Of a stretch of DNA of 64,000 bases, positions 1 to 13,059 are shown piece after piece. The notes under the pieces are model-generated. The model had not been told where the DNA came from and did no database searches. It saw only the letters and a program-made list of their open reading frames with translations. The position numbers and the translations under genes were made by a program. Position 1 is the stretch's first letter, and every line of letters begins with the position of its first letter. Origin of the DNA: Eledone cirrhosa (lineage: Eukaryota); assembly GCA_964016885.1 (NCBI GenBank), contig OZ024742.1, positions 343,418,001 through 343,482,000 of the forward strand, written 5' to 3'.

Positions 1-280
1 ATTGTCATGACACCTACGTGACCACTTTACAGTGTGTACTGGGTGCTTATTGTCATGACACCTACGTGACCACTTTACAGTGTGTACTGGGTGCTTATTG
101 TCATGACACCTACATGACCACTTTACAGTGTGGGCTGGGTGCTTTCTGTCGTGACACCTACATGACCACTTTACAGTGTGTCAGTTTTTTGTCATGACAC
201 CTACACAACCATTTTACAATTATGGCTGGGTACTTTTTGTCATAACAGTGTGGGCTGAGTTCTTTCTGTTGTGGCACCAA
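1..280. repeat. 48-bp minisatellite (ATTGTCATGACACCTACGTGACCACTTTACAGTGTGTACTGGGTGCTT), 3 near-perfect plus degenerate copies; runs off the window start
   Basis: Unit restarts at 1, 49 and 97. The motif resembles the TTTACAGTGTG..CTGGGTGCTT segment in the RTE 3'UTR and SINE tails nearby. Confidence 0.85.
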
Positions 281-647
281 AATGATCAATGTGTGGTCTG
301 GTGTGTGTGTGGGGGGGGAGGGGGTGCATGGGAATAGGAGAGATAGATCTAAGCATGGGGGACTTAGTAGGTGGGGGGTATGGACGTGAGTGAAGGGTTG
401 AGTGTTTTTAGGATGTGGCTGATGAAGGTAGGGCAAAGTAGAACATACTGAATGCAGGCTCCAGCCAGTGTATTCTGGCAAGTATTCTGTATAAGTGCAT
501 AACGCCAGAGATCTCAATCCTGTCATCATTTTAGAGAGGTGCAACTATCGCAGGTCAGCCTTTATCACCTCATCACAAGTCTTCCTACTCAATATATATA
601 TATGTATATATATGTGTGTGTGCGTATATATATATATATATATATAT

Positions 648-3097
648 CATCATCATCATCGTTTAACGTCCATATTCCACGCTTGCATAGGTTTGGACGG
701 GAGTTTTCCCACTTGAGGCAAGAGTGGTTGTCTTGCTCGCATAGGACTGTCTGGCGGGTTTTCTACGGCTGGATGCCCTTCCTAACACCAACCACATTTA
801 CAGTGTGGAACTGGGAGGTTTTTACCGTGTTACCTACACGGCCCCATTACAGCGTGGACTGTGTGTTTTTTTGTCGTGACACCTACACGACCTCATTTGT
901 TTCGGGCTGGATGTTGTGACCCCAACATAACTTTACATTGAAAGGGGTGGGGGTAGTGGGACGGGGGTGTATTTTGTTAGAGGTGCCTACTGACTGTAGT
1001 AGATTTCACTTTGCACTTAGGTAAGGCGGGTCTTCTCTATTACTGTGTAGCGCCAAAGCTCTTGGTCCAGTGACATTGTCTTGGAGAGGTGTAAGTGTGT
1101 GAGGTCGGAATTTATCAAGTCGTCCCAGGTTTTTCTGGGTCTGCCTACTCCGTGGCTACCGTCTATTTTTATTGCCCTGCACTTTTTTATACAGCTGTCG
1201 TCTTTCATGCGCATCACGTGACCATACCAACGTAGTCTTCTCTCGAGTAAACAACATCTGATCCCTCCTATTTCTAATTTCTCCCTTAGTTCGTTTATGC
1301 TTTGCCGTTCACGTATATTACTATTACATATCCAGCGGAGCATGCAAGCTTCGTTTCTCTCCAGTCTGCGTATATCCTCTGCACACAATGCCCAGATCTC
1401 ACTGCCATGTAACATTGCTGTTCGTATGCAGTCATCATACAGCCTGCCTTTCATTTTTAGAGAGAACTCTTTAGCGGCCAATAGTGGTATAAGCTCTCTG
1501 AACTTTTTCCATCCCGTTCTGACTCTAGCTACTGTACTTTCAGAGCACCCTCCTCCACTGCTGATTTTATCACCCAGGTAACGGAAGCTGTCCACTATTT
1601 CTATAGAACCATCTGTGCAATGGAATGAGTTAGTATTCTGTGGGCACTTGCTGCTACCAGAGCACCGGCCACATATAAAATCTATATTCTTAGTTAGCTT
1701 ACCTGTGATCCCACTACATCTTTTATGTACCCATACTTTGCATTTGGGACATAAAATGGAGTTTCTACCTACTCTGTTCCTACACACTGAGCATGGCCAT
1801 TTCCCAGATGGGACCGGTGCCCTATTTTCCTTCCTACAAACTAGAACTTTAGTCTTAGACAAGTTAACTTTAAGGCCTTTTGATTCTAGGCCATGCTTCC
1901 ATGTTTGGAATTTCTTCTCTAGTTCAGCCATTGATTCAGCTATGAGCGTTAGATCATCTGCATATAGAAGTTCCCATGGGAAGCCGGTCTTGAACTCCTC
2001 TGTTATAGCCTGAAGGGCAATAATAAACTCTTCACTATATTCGTTGTTAATTCTAACCTTGCTGACTGTTTCTTTATACATGGCTTGTATAGCTCTCACA
2101 AGCCATTCATCAACACCTAGTTTTCTAAGAGCCCACCAGATAATCGAGCGGGGTACTCTGTCAAAGGCTTTCTCCAAGTCAACAAAAGCTAAGTATAGGG
2201 GTTTACTTTTAGCTAGGTACTTCTCCTGTAGTTGTCGTACAATGAAAAGAGCGTCTGTTGTACTTTTACCTGACACAAACCCGAACTGCATTTCATCTAG
2301 ATCAATTCTCTCTCTGATTAGTTGCGCTATTACTTTTTCTGTGACCTTCATGACCTGGTTAATTAATTTAATGCCTCTATAGTTTCCCCTATCTAGGGCA
2401 TCACCTTTACCCTTGTAGCAGTTAATGATGATGCTGCTGCGCCAGTCCTTCGGAACGACCCCATTCTGTATGACTTGGTTTACTATCCGGGTGACCATAG
2501 TGTGTCCCACTGCTCCAGATGCTTTCAGCATTTCGGCAACTATTTCCTAAGGCCCGGCCGCCTTGTCCGTCCCTCTATTGGGTCAATGTGGGGGAGACTG
2601 TCTTTCTCCCAATTATTCTCATTTAGTAGCCTTTCGTAGTGATACTTCCAAGCTACCTTCTTATCAGCGTCAGTGATGGCAAGTACACCATCATTTAGGA
2701 CACACTTCTCCCCGACAATATCACGGTTTTCCTTGATACATTGCCTAGCAATCCTGAACACCTCACGTTTTTGGTCCCCGCGTTGTAGAACATACTTGAA
2801 CTTTCTTTCCTCTGCTTCCCTTCTTGCGAAGTACACTTGTCTCCTAGCTTCCCTCCTGGCCACTTGATTGTCTTCTCTACTGCCCCCCATCCCGCCATGC
2901 TTTCCAAGCCTGCTTTTTGGCCTTGATTGACCTCTCCACCTTACTGTTCCACCACCAAGTTACTCTCCTCCTGCCTATAGGCCTGCTCCAGCCACAGGTT
3001 TCATCTGTCGCCTTCAGCAGGTTAGCTTTCAGGAATTCCCACTGTTCCTCTATAGTGTACGACTCTAATTGCTCTTCCTTACTATCAAAAGCATCAA
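648..3097 (-). mobile_element. RTE-clade LINE, 5'-truncated, degenerate (copy 1)
   Basis: ORFs 2877-3097, 2540-2890 and 1017-2531 give WWWN, YRGIKL, QFGF, DLEKAFD, YADD, YLG, LRWYGH and GRPRKTW motifs. The 3'UTR ends in a (GAT)n tail at about 648-660, and the 5' end abuts (TA)n. Confidence 0.93.
1017..2531 (-). pseudogene. RTE ORF2 reverse transcriptase with internal PHD finger; RT motif B (QG) deleted in frame
   Basis: 504-aa ORF reading EEF|IIALQ, versus EEFSVKVGVHQSSVLNPLLFLIALQ in the 11039 copy. A C4HC3 motif lies at 1662-1799. Confidence 0.9.
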
Positions 3098-3108
3098 GTG
3101 TATGTATG

Positions 3109-3253
<145 letters not shown>

Positions 3254-3592
3254 GGAGGCACATGGCTTAGTGGTTAGAGCATTGGCCTTGCAATCGAAAG
3301 TTGTGAGTTCAATTCTCAGACTGGGTGATGTGTTGTTTCCTTGAGCAAGACACTTTATTTCACATTGCTCCAGTTTACTCAGCTGTAGAAATGAGATAGG
3401 GATTGGGGTTCCTATCATTCCATTGCAAAGTGGTCGTGGAGGTGCCACGGCAAAAAAGCACCCAGCACTCACTGTAAATGAGGTTGGTGTTAGGAAGGGC
3501 ATCCTGCTGTAGAAATCAAGCCAGAATCAGTTCCCGTCCTACCCTTGCAAGCAGGGAAAAGTGGACGTAAAATGAAATGAAATGAAATGATG
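3254..3592 (+). mobile_element. tRNA-derived SINE with RTE-like 3' tail
   Basis: A-box TGGCTTAGTGG, B-box GAGTTCAATTC, central CCTTGAGCAAGACACT motif and (AATGA)n tail. Two more copies lie at 10187-10959. Confidence 0.88.
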
Positions 3593-4594
3593 ATATATAT
3601 ATAGAGTAGGAAGACTTGTGATGAGGTGATAAAGGGATGATGATGATGATATATATATATATGTGTCACAACAAAAAGCACCCAGCACACAATGTGGCTG
3701 GCATTAGGAAGGACATCCAGCCATAGAAACCAAGCCCAAAACAGTTTTGTATGAAGAAGACATGGTCACCTGAGCTGACATGCATCAAACAGGACAAGCT
3801 TTCTAACCTTTGTTAGCATGGAAGATGAACGTTAAAACCTGCCAGATAGTCCTATACGAGTGGGACACGGTCATCCAACCAATCTTGCCTCAAATGGGAC
3901 AATTCCTATTTAACTCCTGCTAGCGTGAAAGATGGACGTTAAATGGTGATGATGATATATAAAACATCATTTAACATCTGCTTTCTTATTTCATCAGATG
4001 TTGTCATAGAACACTCAAAACTGGGGCCAGTGTCCTAACAGATGGGTCAGAGGCTGCCTGTCGCTTACATAAATTGCTACACTTTACACAGAATACTGGG
4101 TGTATTTTATTGTGTTATCAGCACTAGAGAGGGTCTCTTGCCCTTGACACAACTGAAGTGCCTATGTTTAACAAGATTTCTATTGCTGGATGCCTTTAGT
4201 AACACTAACTATTTTACAGAGTGTACTGGGGCCATATTTTGTGGCAGCAGCGTTAGGAAAGTTGTTGTGCCCTCAACTATTGTGTCGAACAACTTTCTAT
4301 GGCCAGATGATCTTCCTAATGCCAATCTCTTTACAGAGCGTAATGGCAGCATTTTTTATGTCATCATCTCTAGGGAGATTATCATGTCTGTGATGTAATT
4401 AAAGAGTCCTCTCAACTCTTGGCATCACATTTCTGCAGTTATCATCTACCAAATATCTCTCACAAGACTTTAGTTCACATGAGGTTGACCATGTTACAGG
4501 TTTTACTTGATTACATCTTATCAGTAGCACCAATGAGCGACTTAATTCAAACAGATATGCGAGAAATAAAGCAACCATGCTTTATTGGATGTGT

Positions 4595-4925
4595 TATGTA
4601 CATGTGAGAGAAAGGCAGAGCTTGGATGAGAAGCTGGTTTTAAGAGGAATCCGAGTTGGTGTGTAGGAGAGAAGACTGCGTTGGTATGGACATGTGATGC
4701 ACATGGATAATGACTGCTGGGTGAAGAAATGCCAGAAAATCCCAGTGGAAGTAAGCTGCGCTAGAGGAAAACCAAGAAAGACCTGAGCAGATGTGAGAGC
4801 TGACCTCAAATCTTTATGACTGGCAGAGGAGATGACAAAGGGAGGAATTGAGAGATGTTGTTCTGAAAAGGACCTGTCTAACCCATGCAAGCATGGGAAA
4901 ATGGACATAAAAACAATGATGATGC
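4595..4925 (+). mobile_element. RTE LINE 3'-end fragment
   Basis: Encodes RRLRWYGHVMHM..CWVKKC..RGKPRKT, then a GCATGG..ATGGAC..(GAT)n tail. Confidence 0.8.
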
Positions 4926-4936
4926 ATGTATATTTG

Positions 4937-5250
4937 AAGGCACACTTTTTAGTGATTAGGGCGTTTGATTCATGATTGTAAGGAGTTCAATCCCCTGTGG
5001 AAAGTTATGTCCTTGAGCAAGACTTTTTATTTCAGCTGGAAAAATTGGTCAAACACATAATTAAAAAAAATCTTTCTTACAGTATATTGTGGCGAATCTC
5101 ACTGACACCTACGTTAAGAGTGCACGTGCCTGTGGAATGCTCAGCCACATGCAATTTAATCTCACAGGCTGCTCCATTATTTGAACAAGAATATTTGTCA
5201 TCAAGTCATCAAGTCGATAGAGGCCCAACATGTATGTATGTGAGGTTGAG
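4937..5250 (+). mobile_element. Degenerate tRNA-type SINE (different body)
   Basis: Decayed A/B boxes (GAGTTCAATCCC) followed by the same CCTTGAGCAAGAC central motif. Confidence 0.55.
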
Positions 5251-5559
5251 TTTGCTTTTTTATATGAAATCTACCTGCTAAAAATGTATACGACAGTTGT
5301 AGACTTTTACTGTTTTAAGTCTAGTTCATATTCACTAAGAAATAGTACAAAAAATAAACAACAAACAGCTGATGGATTTTATTAAACTTTTAAACAGTTG
5401 ATAGACTTTATTAGACTTTTTGTGAAATTATTGTTATTTAATATCCTTTTGGGTGTGGAGACAGGATCTGTGTGTTGACAGCTGGATTGGCCCAGTTATT
5501 AGGTTCTTTGATAGTATGGAGGGCTGGGAAATATAAGAAAAATAAATATTTAATAAATA

Positions 5560-8500
5560 TCATCATCATCATCATCATTTTATGTCTGCTTTTCACTGCT
5601 TGGACGGGTGGGACGGGTCCTATTCAGCACAGCATCTTTCCATTTGTCAGAGTCCTTCGTCATCTACGTGAGCCTCAGCGATCTGAGGTCTGCTCTCACC
5701 ACCTCCGCCCATGTTTTTTTTGTGGTCTTCCTTCTGGGATTTCTTGGCACTTCTTTACCCAGTGGTCTTCCTTCATGCGCATCATATGTCCATACCATCA
5801 CAGTCTTCTCTCCTGCACACTACAACTTATCCCTCTTATACACAGTTTCTCTCTCAACTCATCTATGCTTGGTCATTCATGCACATTGACATCCAATGGA
5901 GCATGCTTGCTTCATTTCTCTCCAGCCATCGTATATCCTCTGCTGTTGCTGCCCATGTCTCACTACCATGTAGCATCGTGCATCTCACACAGGCATCATA
6001 TAACCGGCCTTTTATACGCAGGGAGAAACCATTCTTTGTCAACAGAGGAAGTAGCTCCCTACACGTCTTCTAACCTCTCCTTATTCTAGATACTATGGCC
6101 TCGGAGCACCCCCCTCCCTTGCTAATCTGATCACCTAGGTACCGGAAACTATCAACCACTTCTATAGAACCCACCTGCATTTCAAAAATGTGTCTATCAC
6201 TGCAACTTCTACTGTCAAATTTCCCTGTACATCTACTGCATACATAGTTTTATCTGTCTCTTAGTTTGCCTGCTATCTCTTGTGTACCCAAGATCTGCAT
6301 TGTGTACATGTTATAGAATTTATGCCAGTTCCTTTTCTACATATCAAACATGGCCATTTCCCTGATGGAATCAGAGTTTTGTCCTCTTTTCTACTTATCA
6401 ACACTTTTGTCTTAGCTAAGTTCACTCTCAGTTCTCTTGATTCCAACTGCTGTTTCCATAGCCAGAATTTATTCTCTAGCTGCTCTACTGATTCTGCTAT
6501 AAGAACCAGATTGTCAGCATAGAGAAGTTCCCATGGGCATCCAGTCTTAAACTCCTCTGTTATGACTTGGAGGACTATAATGAACAAGAGCAGGCTGAGG
6601 ACCGAACCCTGATGTACTCCTACTTGTATCTGGAATTGCTCACTAAACTCCATTCCTACTCTCACTTTACTGACAGCACCCCTGTACATAGCTTGCACTG
6701 TCCTCACAAGCTATTCCTCTACACCACAGGTTCTCAACCCATTTAGGCCAAACGCTCCCTTTTGTCCCCCGAAATCACAAAACGCCCCCCCCCCCCCCCC
6801 CGCCACCCTATTTTTTCATTTTTCAATATACTACTGATTTTTATATCAATAGATTACTAAAAAATTGATTAACAATATTCCAAACATGTGTGTATTATCT
6901 GATTATGTGTTGTATGTGGTCCTAGATGTGTGTTCTACTCGCTTCTGTTTTTTTCTTTTCTTTTTTTTATTTGTAATATTATTTATACAATAGGGAATAA
7001 AATAGATCTACATAGTGTTAATTCGTTACGGTTGAGTCAATAATTTCAGACATGAAATACATTGTTATCGGTGAAGGAAAGATAAGATTCTAACTGTCTG
7101 CGCTCAAAGTGTCTTTGACCCAGTTGACTGTGGATTTTTCCATTTTTAGGATCTCAATTACCGGTTAACGTCTCAATTACCGGACATGCCTGCACACCTG
7201 CTCATAGCTGCAGACAGCATAACTATAGTCTGACCGCAGCTGTGCAGGCATGTCCGGTAATTGAGATCCTAAAAATGGACCCGCCCTCCAGTTCCAAATG
7301 CCCCCCCCCCCCCCCCCCCCCCCCCTAACGCGACCTTGCTCCCAAACGTCCCCCTGGAGTTTCGAAACGCCCCTCGGGAGTGCATATGCCCTCTGTTGGG
7401 AACCTTTGCTCTACACCTAGTTTCCTTAGGGACCACCAGATGACAGATCGGGGTACCTTATCAAAGTCCTTCTCTAGGTCAACAAAAGCTAAGTATAGTG
7501 GCTTATTCTTCTCTAAGAACCTCTCTTGTAGTTGTCTCACAGGAACAAAACCAAACTGCATCACATCTAATTTGACCCTTTCTCTAATTACTTGTGCTAA
7601 TATTCTTCTTGTCACTTTCATAACTTGATCCATCAGTTTTATGCCCCTATAATTGTTCCTCCCCAGAGCATACCCTTTACCTTTGTAGCAATTTATGAGA
7701 ATACTGCTACACCAGTCTTTGGGTATGACTCCGACATATATAGCCTGATAGATGATGTGTGCAACCAGTTTAGTTCCTACTTCTCCTGACGCCTTCAGCA
7801 TCTCAGCAACTATGCCTGACGGTCCAGTGGCCTTACCATTTTTCATTTCCTTAATTGCCTCTTGGATCCTATATTCGTCAATCTCAATGGCTGGTCCCTC
7901 TGTCGCGTCTACTGGGAGTAATTTCTCTCTCTCCCATTCGTTCTCAACACTCATCAGTCTCTCATAATGACATTTCCAGGCCTCCTTTTTCTGATCATTC
8001 ATGACACTAAGTACACTGGCATCATTCCAGACACATTTATCTCCAACAACATCCTGATTTGCATTGATACACTGCCTTGCAATGTGGAACACTGCACGCC
8101 TCTGATCTTCCCTTTGCAGAACATTGGCAAACCTCCTACTCTCAGCTCCCTGCATGCTTAGTACACCTGACATCTAGCTTCTCTTTTAGTGGCTATGTCT
8201 CGGTCTCTACTCCCGCCATTTTTCCAAGCCTTCCATGCTAGTCTTTTGTCTCTAATAGCCTTATCTACTGCGCTGTTCCACCACCAGGTCACTCTTTGAC
8301 TGGTCGGAGCTCTGCTCCAGCCACAAGTTTCTTCAGTAGCCTGCAGTAAGTTGTCACGTAAGAAATTCCAGTAATTATTTGTCATACTATTCTAAATCGT
8401 CTTCTTTTTCGTCATACACATCTTGAAGGGCTTTCCTAAATTTATATTTTAGTGAAAGGTCTTTTAGCTTCCAGACCTTCCTTTTCCACACCTTCCTGTA

Positions 8501-9350
8501 TGTCTCATTCTGTCTCTTGCTTATTGAGATGTCAATAACGACTAACCTATGCTGTGGGGTACATTCTTCCCCGGGGTATGCCTCAGTATTTGACACCATC
8601 TGTCTGTCTTGCTGCCTAACTAGCAGGAAGTCAATCTGGCTTATGTGCTCGCCTTATTTGTATGTTATGTGATTGGTAGATTTCTGGAAGTTAGTGTTGC
8701 AAATGGTTAGTGCACTTGCATCACAAAATTCAAGAAGCCTCACTCCGTCATTTCTCGAGCTATAACCGTGCCCACCATGTACCCCAGTGTAACCATCCTG
8801 GAGCTGTCCAAAATGACCATTGAAGTCCCCTGCTAGCATAACGATGTCTCTGTCCTCTGTCATTGTGGCTGTTTCTAAAAGTTGCTCATAAAAGTAGTTT
8901 TCTCCTCTTTACCTAGGCCTGCCTGGGGAGCATAGGCAGAGATGATTGTCAGCAGTCTCTTGCCTACAACCTATCAAATCTTAATTCTATTACTACTCTA
9001 ACTACCTCTATTCTCTTATCGATCCGTCTCTCAGCCAGTAAAATGCCTACCCCACCTAACCCATTATCATTACTTACCCAGAAAAGCTTATAACTAAGAT
9101 GTTTTAACCTGCGATTAATCTTGCAGAGGCACTTCTCCATCTCACCTCTTGCACGCAGCACACATCCACATGTATTCTCTTTAGCATCTCCACTATCTCA
9201 TCAGATCTACCTGTTAGAGTGCCAACATTAAGTGTGGCAACTCTGAGATGCGACATCTTCATATTCTTGTTCTTGTGCGATTGCTTGATGACGGTCGGGA
9301 GGTTCTTGCACATGGCCGCACCAGCTACTGTGCGTAACCCTAACATGGTT
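5560..9350 (-). mobile_element. Near-full-length degenerate RTE LINE (copy 2, different subfamily): APE endonuclease + RT + PHD
   Basis: APE motifs TLNVGTL, CVQEVRW, GDFNGH, QIDF and HRLV (8390-9260). RT motifs YRGIKL, DLEKDFD, HQGSVLS and YADN. (GAT)n tail at 5560-5577. Many stops and frameshifts; interrupted by a hAT MITE. Confidence 0.92.
6725..7408. mobile_element. Non-autonomous hAT (Charlie-like) DNA transposon inserted in the RTE RT
   Basis: 8-bp TSD CTCTACAC at 6717-6724 and 7409-7416. TIRs CACAGGTTCTCAAC / GTTGGGAACCTTTG match at 12/14. The RT reading resumes on both sides. Confidence 0.92.
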
Positions 9351-10186
9351 AGTGTTATTGCTGTTCACACAATTATTGCAATACTAATTTGTTGTGCTCA
9401 TAATTTTTGGCATTAATATATACTGGTTGGATGCCCTTCCTAACACCAACACCACATTACAGCATGGACTGGGTGCTTTTATTCGTGCCACCAGCACTAG
9501 AGAGGTTGTCTTACTGGACACCGGGGCCCTCTCCACCCCTCCATTTTACAGCATGGACTGGGTGCTTTTATTCGAGCCACCAGCACTAGGGAAATTGTCT
9601 TACTGGACTTAGGGGATTTCTCTACCCCAAACCAATTTATTCGGATTTATTTGTACATATTATTTGTGATAACTAGTAAAGAGCAGTACAGTTGGACAAT
9701 AGTTGTAGTAGTATCGAGGGTCAGTGTGCCAGAACTGGGGTGAGCCCCTGCTGGCCTACAAAATGGCTCAAATAAGTTGTATTTATCACCTCTGTGTCCC
9801 CATCATGGTACTGGCTCCACCAAATTGAGTTGGGTGAGAAAGTGAGAACTCGGTGCTATAACCGATGCAATGCTTGGGTTGCACTATTGTAAAATGCATA
9901 TACTTCACAGCTTATGAAACTAATCGCCCAAAGAAACTCCATTGAAATGAACTTACCCCGTGAATTCCTTAAATGGAGCCAGCTCAACCCTCCCCAGGTG
10001 AATACCGCCACAAGTAAGTAAGGACTAAAAAGCCATGTTTGTGATGCTCGTGCTTAAGTATCAAGTGATGGCATTACTCGAAATCGAGTTGCAGCCATCA
10101 TGTATGTATTTATATGTGTGTATATATCTATTGTATATGTGTATGTGTATGTATATTTATGTATGTTTGTATATGTGTGTATATGT

Positions 10187-10526
10187 ATCATCATTTCATC
10201 ATTTCATTTTACGTCCGCTTTTCCCTGCTTGCAAGGGTGGGACGGGAACTGATTCTGGCTTGATTTCTACAGCTGGATGCCCTTCCTAACACCCTCATTT
10301 ACAGTGAGTGCTGGGCGCTTTTTTGCCGTGGCACCTCCACGACCACTTTACATTGGAATGATATGGACCCTAGTCCCTATCATCTCATTTCTACAGCTGA
10401 GTAAACTGCAGCAATGTGAAATAAAGTGTCTTGCTCAAGGAAGCAACACATCACCTGGTCTGAGATTTGAACTTACAACCTTTCGATTGCAAGGCCAATG
10501 CTCTAACCACTAAGCCATGTGCCTCC
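10187..10526 (-). mobile_element. tRNA-derived SINE (same family as 3254)
   Basis: Reverse complement of 3254-3592 over the full length. Confidence 0.88.
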
Positions 10527-10573
10527 ATGTATATATATATTTATGTGTGTATATATGTATGTATGTGTGTGTG

Positions 10574-10623
<50 letters not shown>

Positions 10624-10959
10624 GGAGGCACGTGGCTTAGTGGTTAGAGCATTGGCTTTGCAATCGAAAGGTTGTGAGTTCAATTCTCAGACCGGGTGAT
10701 GTGTTGTTTCCTTTAGCAAGACACTTTATTTCATATTGCTCCAGTTTACTCAGCTGTAGAAATGAGATGATAGGGACTGGGATCCCTATCATTCCACTGT
10801 AAAGTGGATGTGTAGGTGCCACGGCAAAAAAGCACCCAGCACTCACTGTAAATGAGGTTGGTGTTAGGAAGGGCATCCAGCTGTAGAAATCAAGCCAGAA
10901 TCAGTTCCCGTCCCACCCTTGCAAGCAGGGAAAAAGCGGACTTAAAATGAAATGATGAT
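10624..10959 (+). mobile_element. tRNA-derived SINE (same family as 3254)
   Basis: Near-identical to 3254-3592; A/B boxes and tail present. Confidence 0.88.
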
Positions 10960-10990
10960 ATATATGGATGTATGTGTGTATGTATGTATA

Positions 10991-11849
10991 GAAAGAGTTA
11001 TAGCGCAACTAATCAGAGAGTGAATTGATCTAGATGAAATGCAGTTTGGGTTTGTGTCAGGTAAAAGTACCACAGATGCTCTTTTCCTTGTACGACAACT
11101 ACAGAAGTACCTAGCTAAAAGTAAACCACTATACTTAACTTTTGTTGACTTAGAGAAAGCCTTTGACAGAGTCCCCCGCTCCATTATCTGGTGGGCCCTT
11201 AGAAAACTAGGTGTTGATGAATGGCTCGTGAGAACTATACAAGCCATGTATAAAGAAACAGTCAGCAAGGTTAGAATTAACAACGAATATAGTGAAGAGT
11301 TTAGCGTAAAAGTTGGTGTTCATCAGAGTTCTGTCCTTAACCCCCTCCTATTTCTTATTGCCCTTCAGGCTATAACAGAGGAGTTCAAGACCAGCTGCCC
11401 ATGGGAACTTCTATATGCATATGATCTAACGCTCATAGCTGAATCAATGGCTGAACTAGAGAAGAAATTCCAAACATGGAAGCATGGCCTAGAATCAAAA
11501 TCCTTAAAATTAACTTGTCTAAGACTAAAGTTCTAGTATGTAGGAAGGAAAATAGGGCACTGGTCCCCTCTGGGAAATGGCCATGCTCAGTGTGTAGGAA
11601 AGGAGTAGGCAGAAACTCCATTTTATGTCCCAAATGCAAAGTATGGGTGCATAAAAGATGTAGTGGGATCACATGTAAGCTAACTAAGAACAGATTTTAT
11701 ATGTGGCTGGTGCTCAGGTGCAATAAGTAGTAGCAAGTGCTCACAGGATACTAGCTCCTTCCATTGCCCAGATGGTTCTATAGAAATAGTTGACACCTTC
11801 CGTTACCTGGGTGACAAAATCAGCAGTGGTGGAGGGTGCTCTGAAAGTA
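10991..11849 (+). mobile_element. RTE LINE internal fragment (copy 3, same subfamily as copy 1)
   Basis: QFGF, DLEKAFD, HQSS, YAYD, PHD finger and FRYLGD; frameshifted and truncated at both ends. Confidence 0.9.
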
Positions 11850-12589
11850 TCAATTATCATACCATCCCAGCCGAAAGTTTATAGAAATTCTTCAGAGATA
11901 GGTCAGCCTGTTATAGTTGTTTTTATCAGAATGCTTAAGTCCAGCTGACCTACTTTACCATGGTGGTAGTGGCGTTAGGAGGTCAGCTAGCAGGTCAACC
12001 TTAGTAGGCTGCTGGTATGATCGGAAGAATTTATGTGTGTAGACTGGCATCTATCCTGCCACCACTTAACGCAGTGGAGGATGCTAAACAAAAAATGCGT
12101 GTGTGTTACGACCAATAAAAATAAAAAAATAAAAAATAAAATGAAATATAAAACCTGTGTCAGAATCCAGAAGTGTAAAGGATTACAATTCTTATTTTAG
12201 TATAAAGTACATCTAAACTATAATAAAGGAAGGTCTGCGGGACTGCATACGTTTTTTTTTTATATCCCGTTTGTAAAATAATTTGGATTACTTTGAATAA
12301 ATAATGAATGAATATTACATAATTTATCTACTAAATTTTGTAAAAATAAATAAATTTCAAATTGACTTCTTTTCAAAGTTACACTTTCGGTATATCGTCG
12401 CCACCACCACCACTTTAACTACCATACATATAGAAAGAGAGAGTGTGTGATGAGAGAGATAGAGAGATTATGACTTTCTACACGCTGACGCGTATGATTG
12501 TGCACATAGTATATAACTATTATGAGTATATAACTATAATCGCGCAAACACAAACTTATAAAAATACACTCTCACGGACATAATTCACA

Positions 12590-12780
12590 CAAATACACAT
12601 ACTTTCACACAAACATACATACATTCACACATATAGATTTACATAAACATACATACATTCACACATACTTTCACACAAATACACATACTTTCACACAAAC
12701 ATACATACATTCACACATATACATTTACACAAACATACATACATTCACACATACTTTCACACAAATATACATACATTCAT
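12590..12780. repeat. CA/TA-rich low-complexity minisatellite
   Basis: Repeated TTCACACAAACATACATACA / CACACATACTT units. Confidence 0.8.
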
Positions 12781-13059
12781 GATAGCGTTCGGTTTAATTG
12801 GAGATGGGAGGGTAAAACAAGTATAACGTTTTATTTATTTATTAACTCTTTTTTTTTAAAACTCATTTAATATAATGGTAACAGAACAAAAACACTAACA
12901 AATATAATATATACAAAGGAAAGGGAAAGGAAAAAAAAAAAGAGAAAAAATACACAAGCAGGTAATACACACATCTTAGACCCCATAGAACAAAGTGCAG
13001 ACGAAAGGGGTGGAAAAACGAGCCCCTACCAGAGCAAAAGATAGCAATATAGCGAGGAG

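Noticed and set aside
9350-10100. HDV-like ribozyme in the RTE 5'UTR
   Set aside because: Plausible from family knowledge, but I could not build the nested double pseudoknot by eye.
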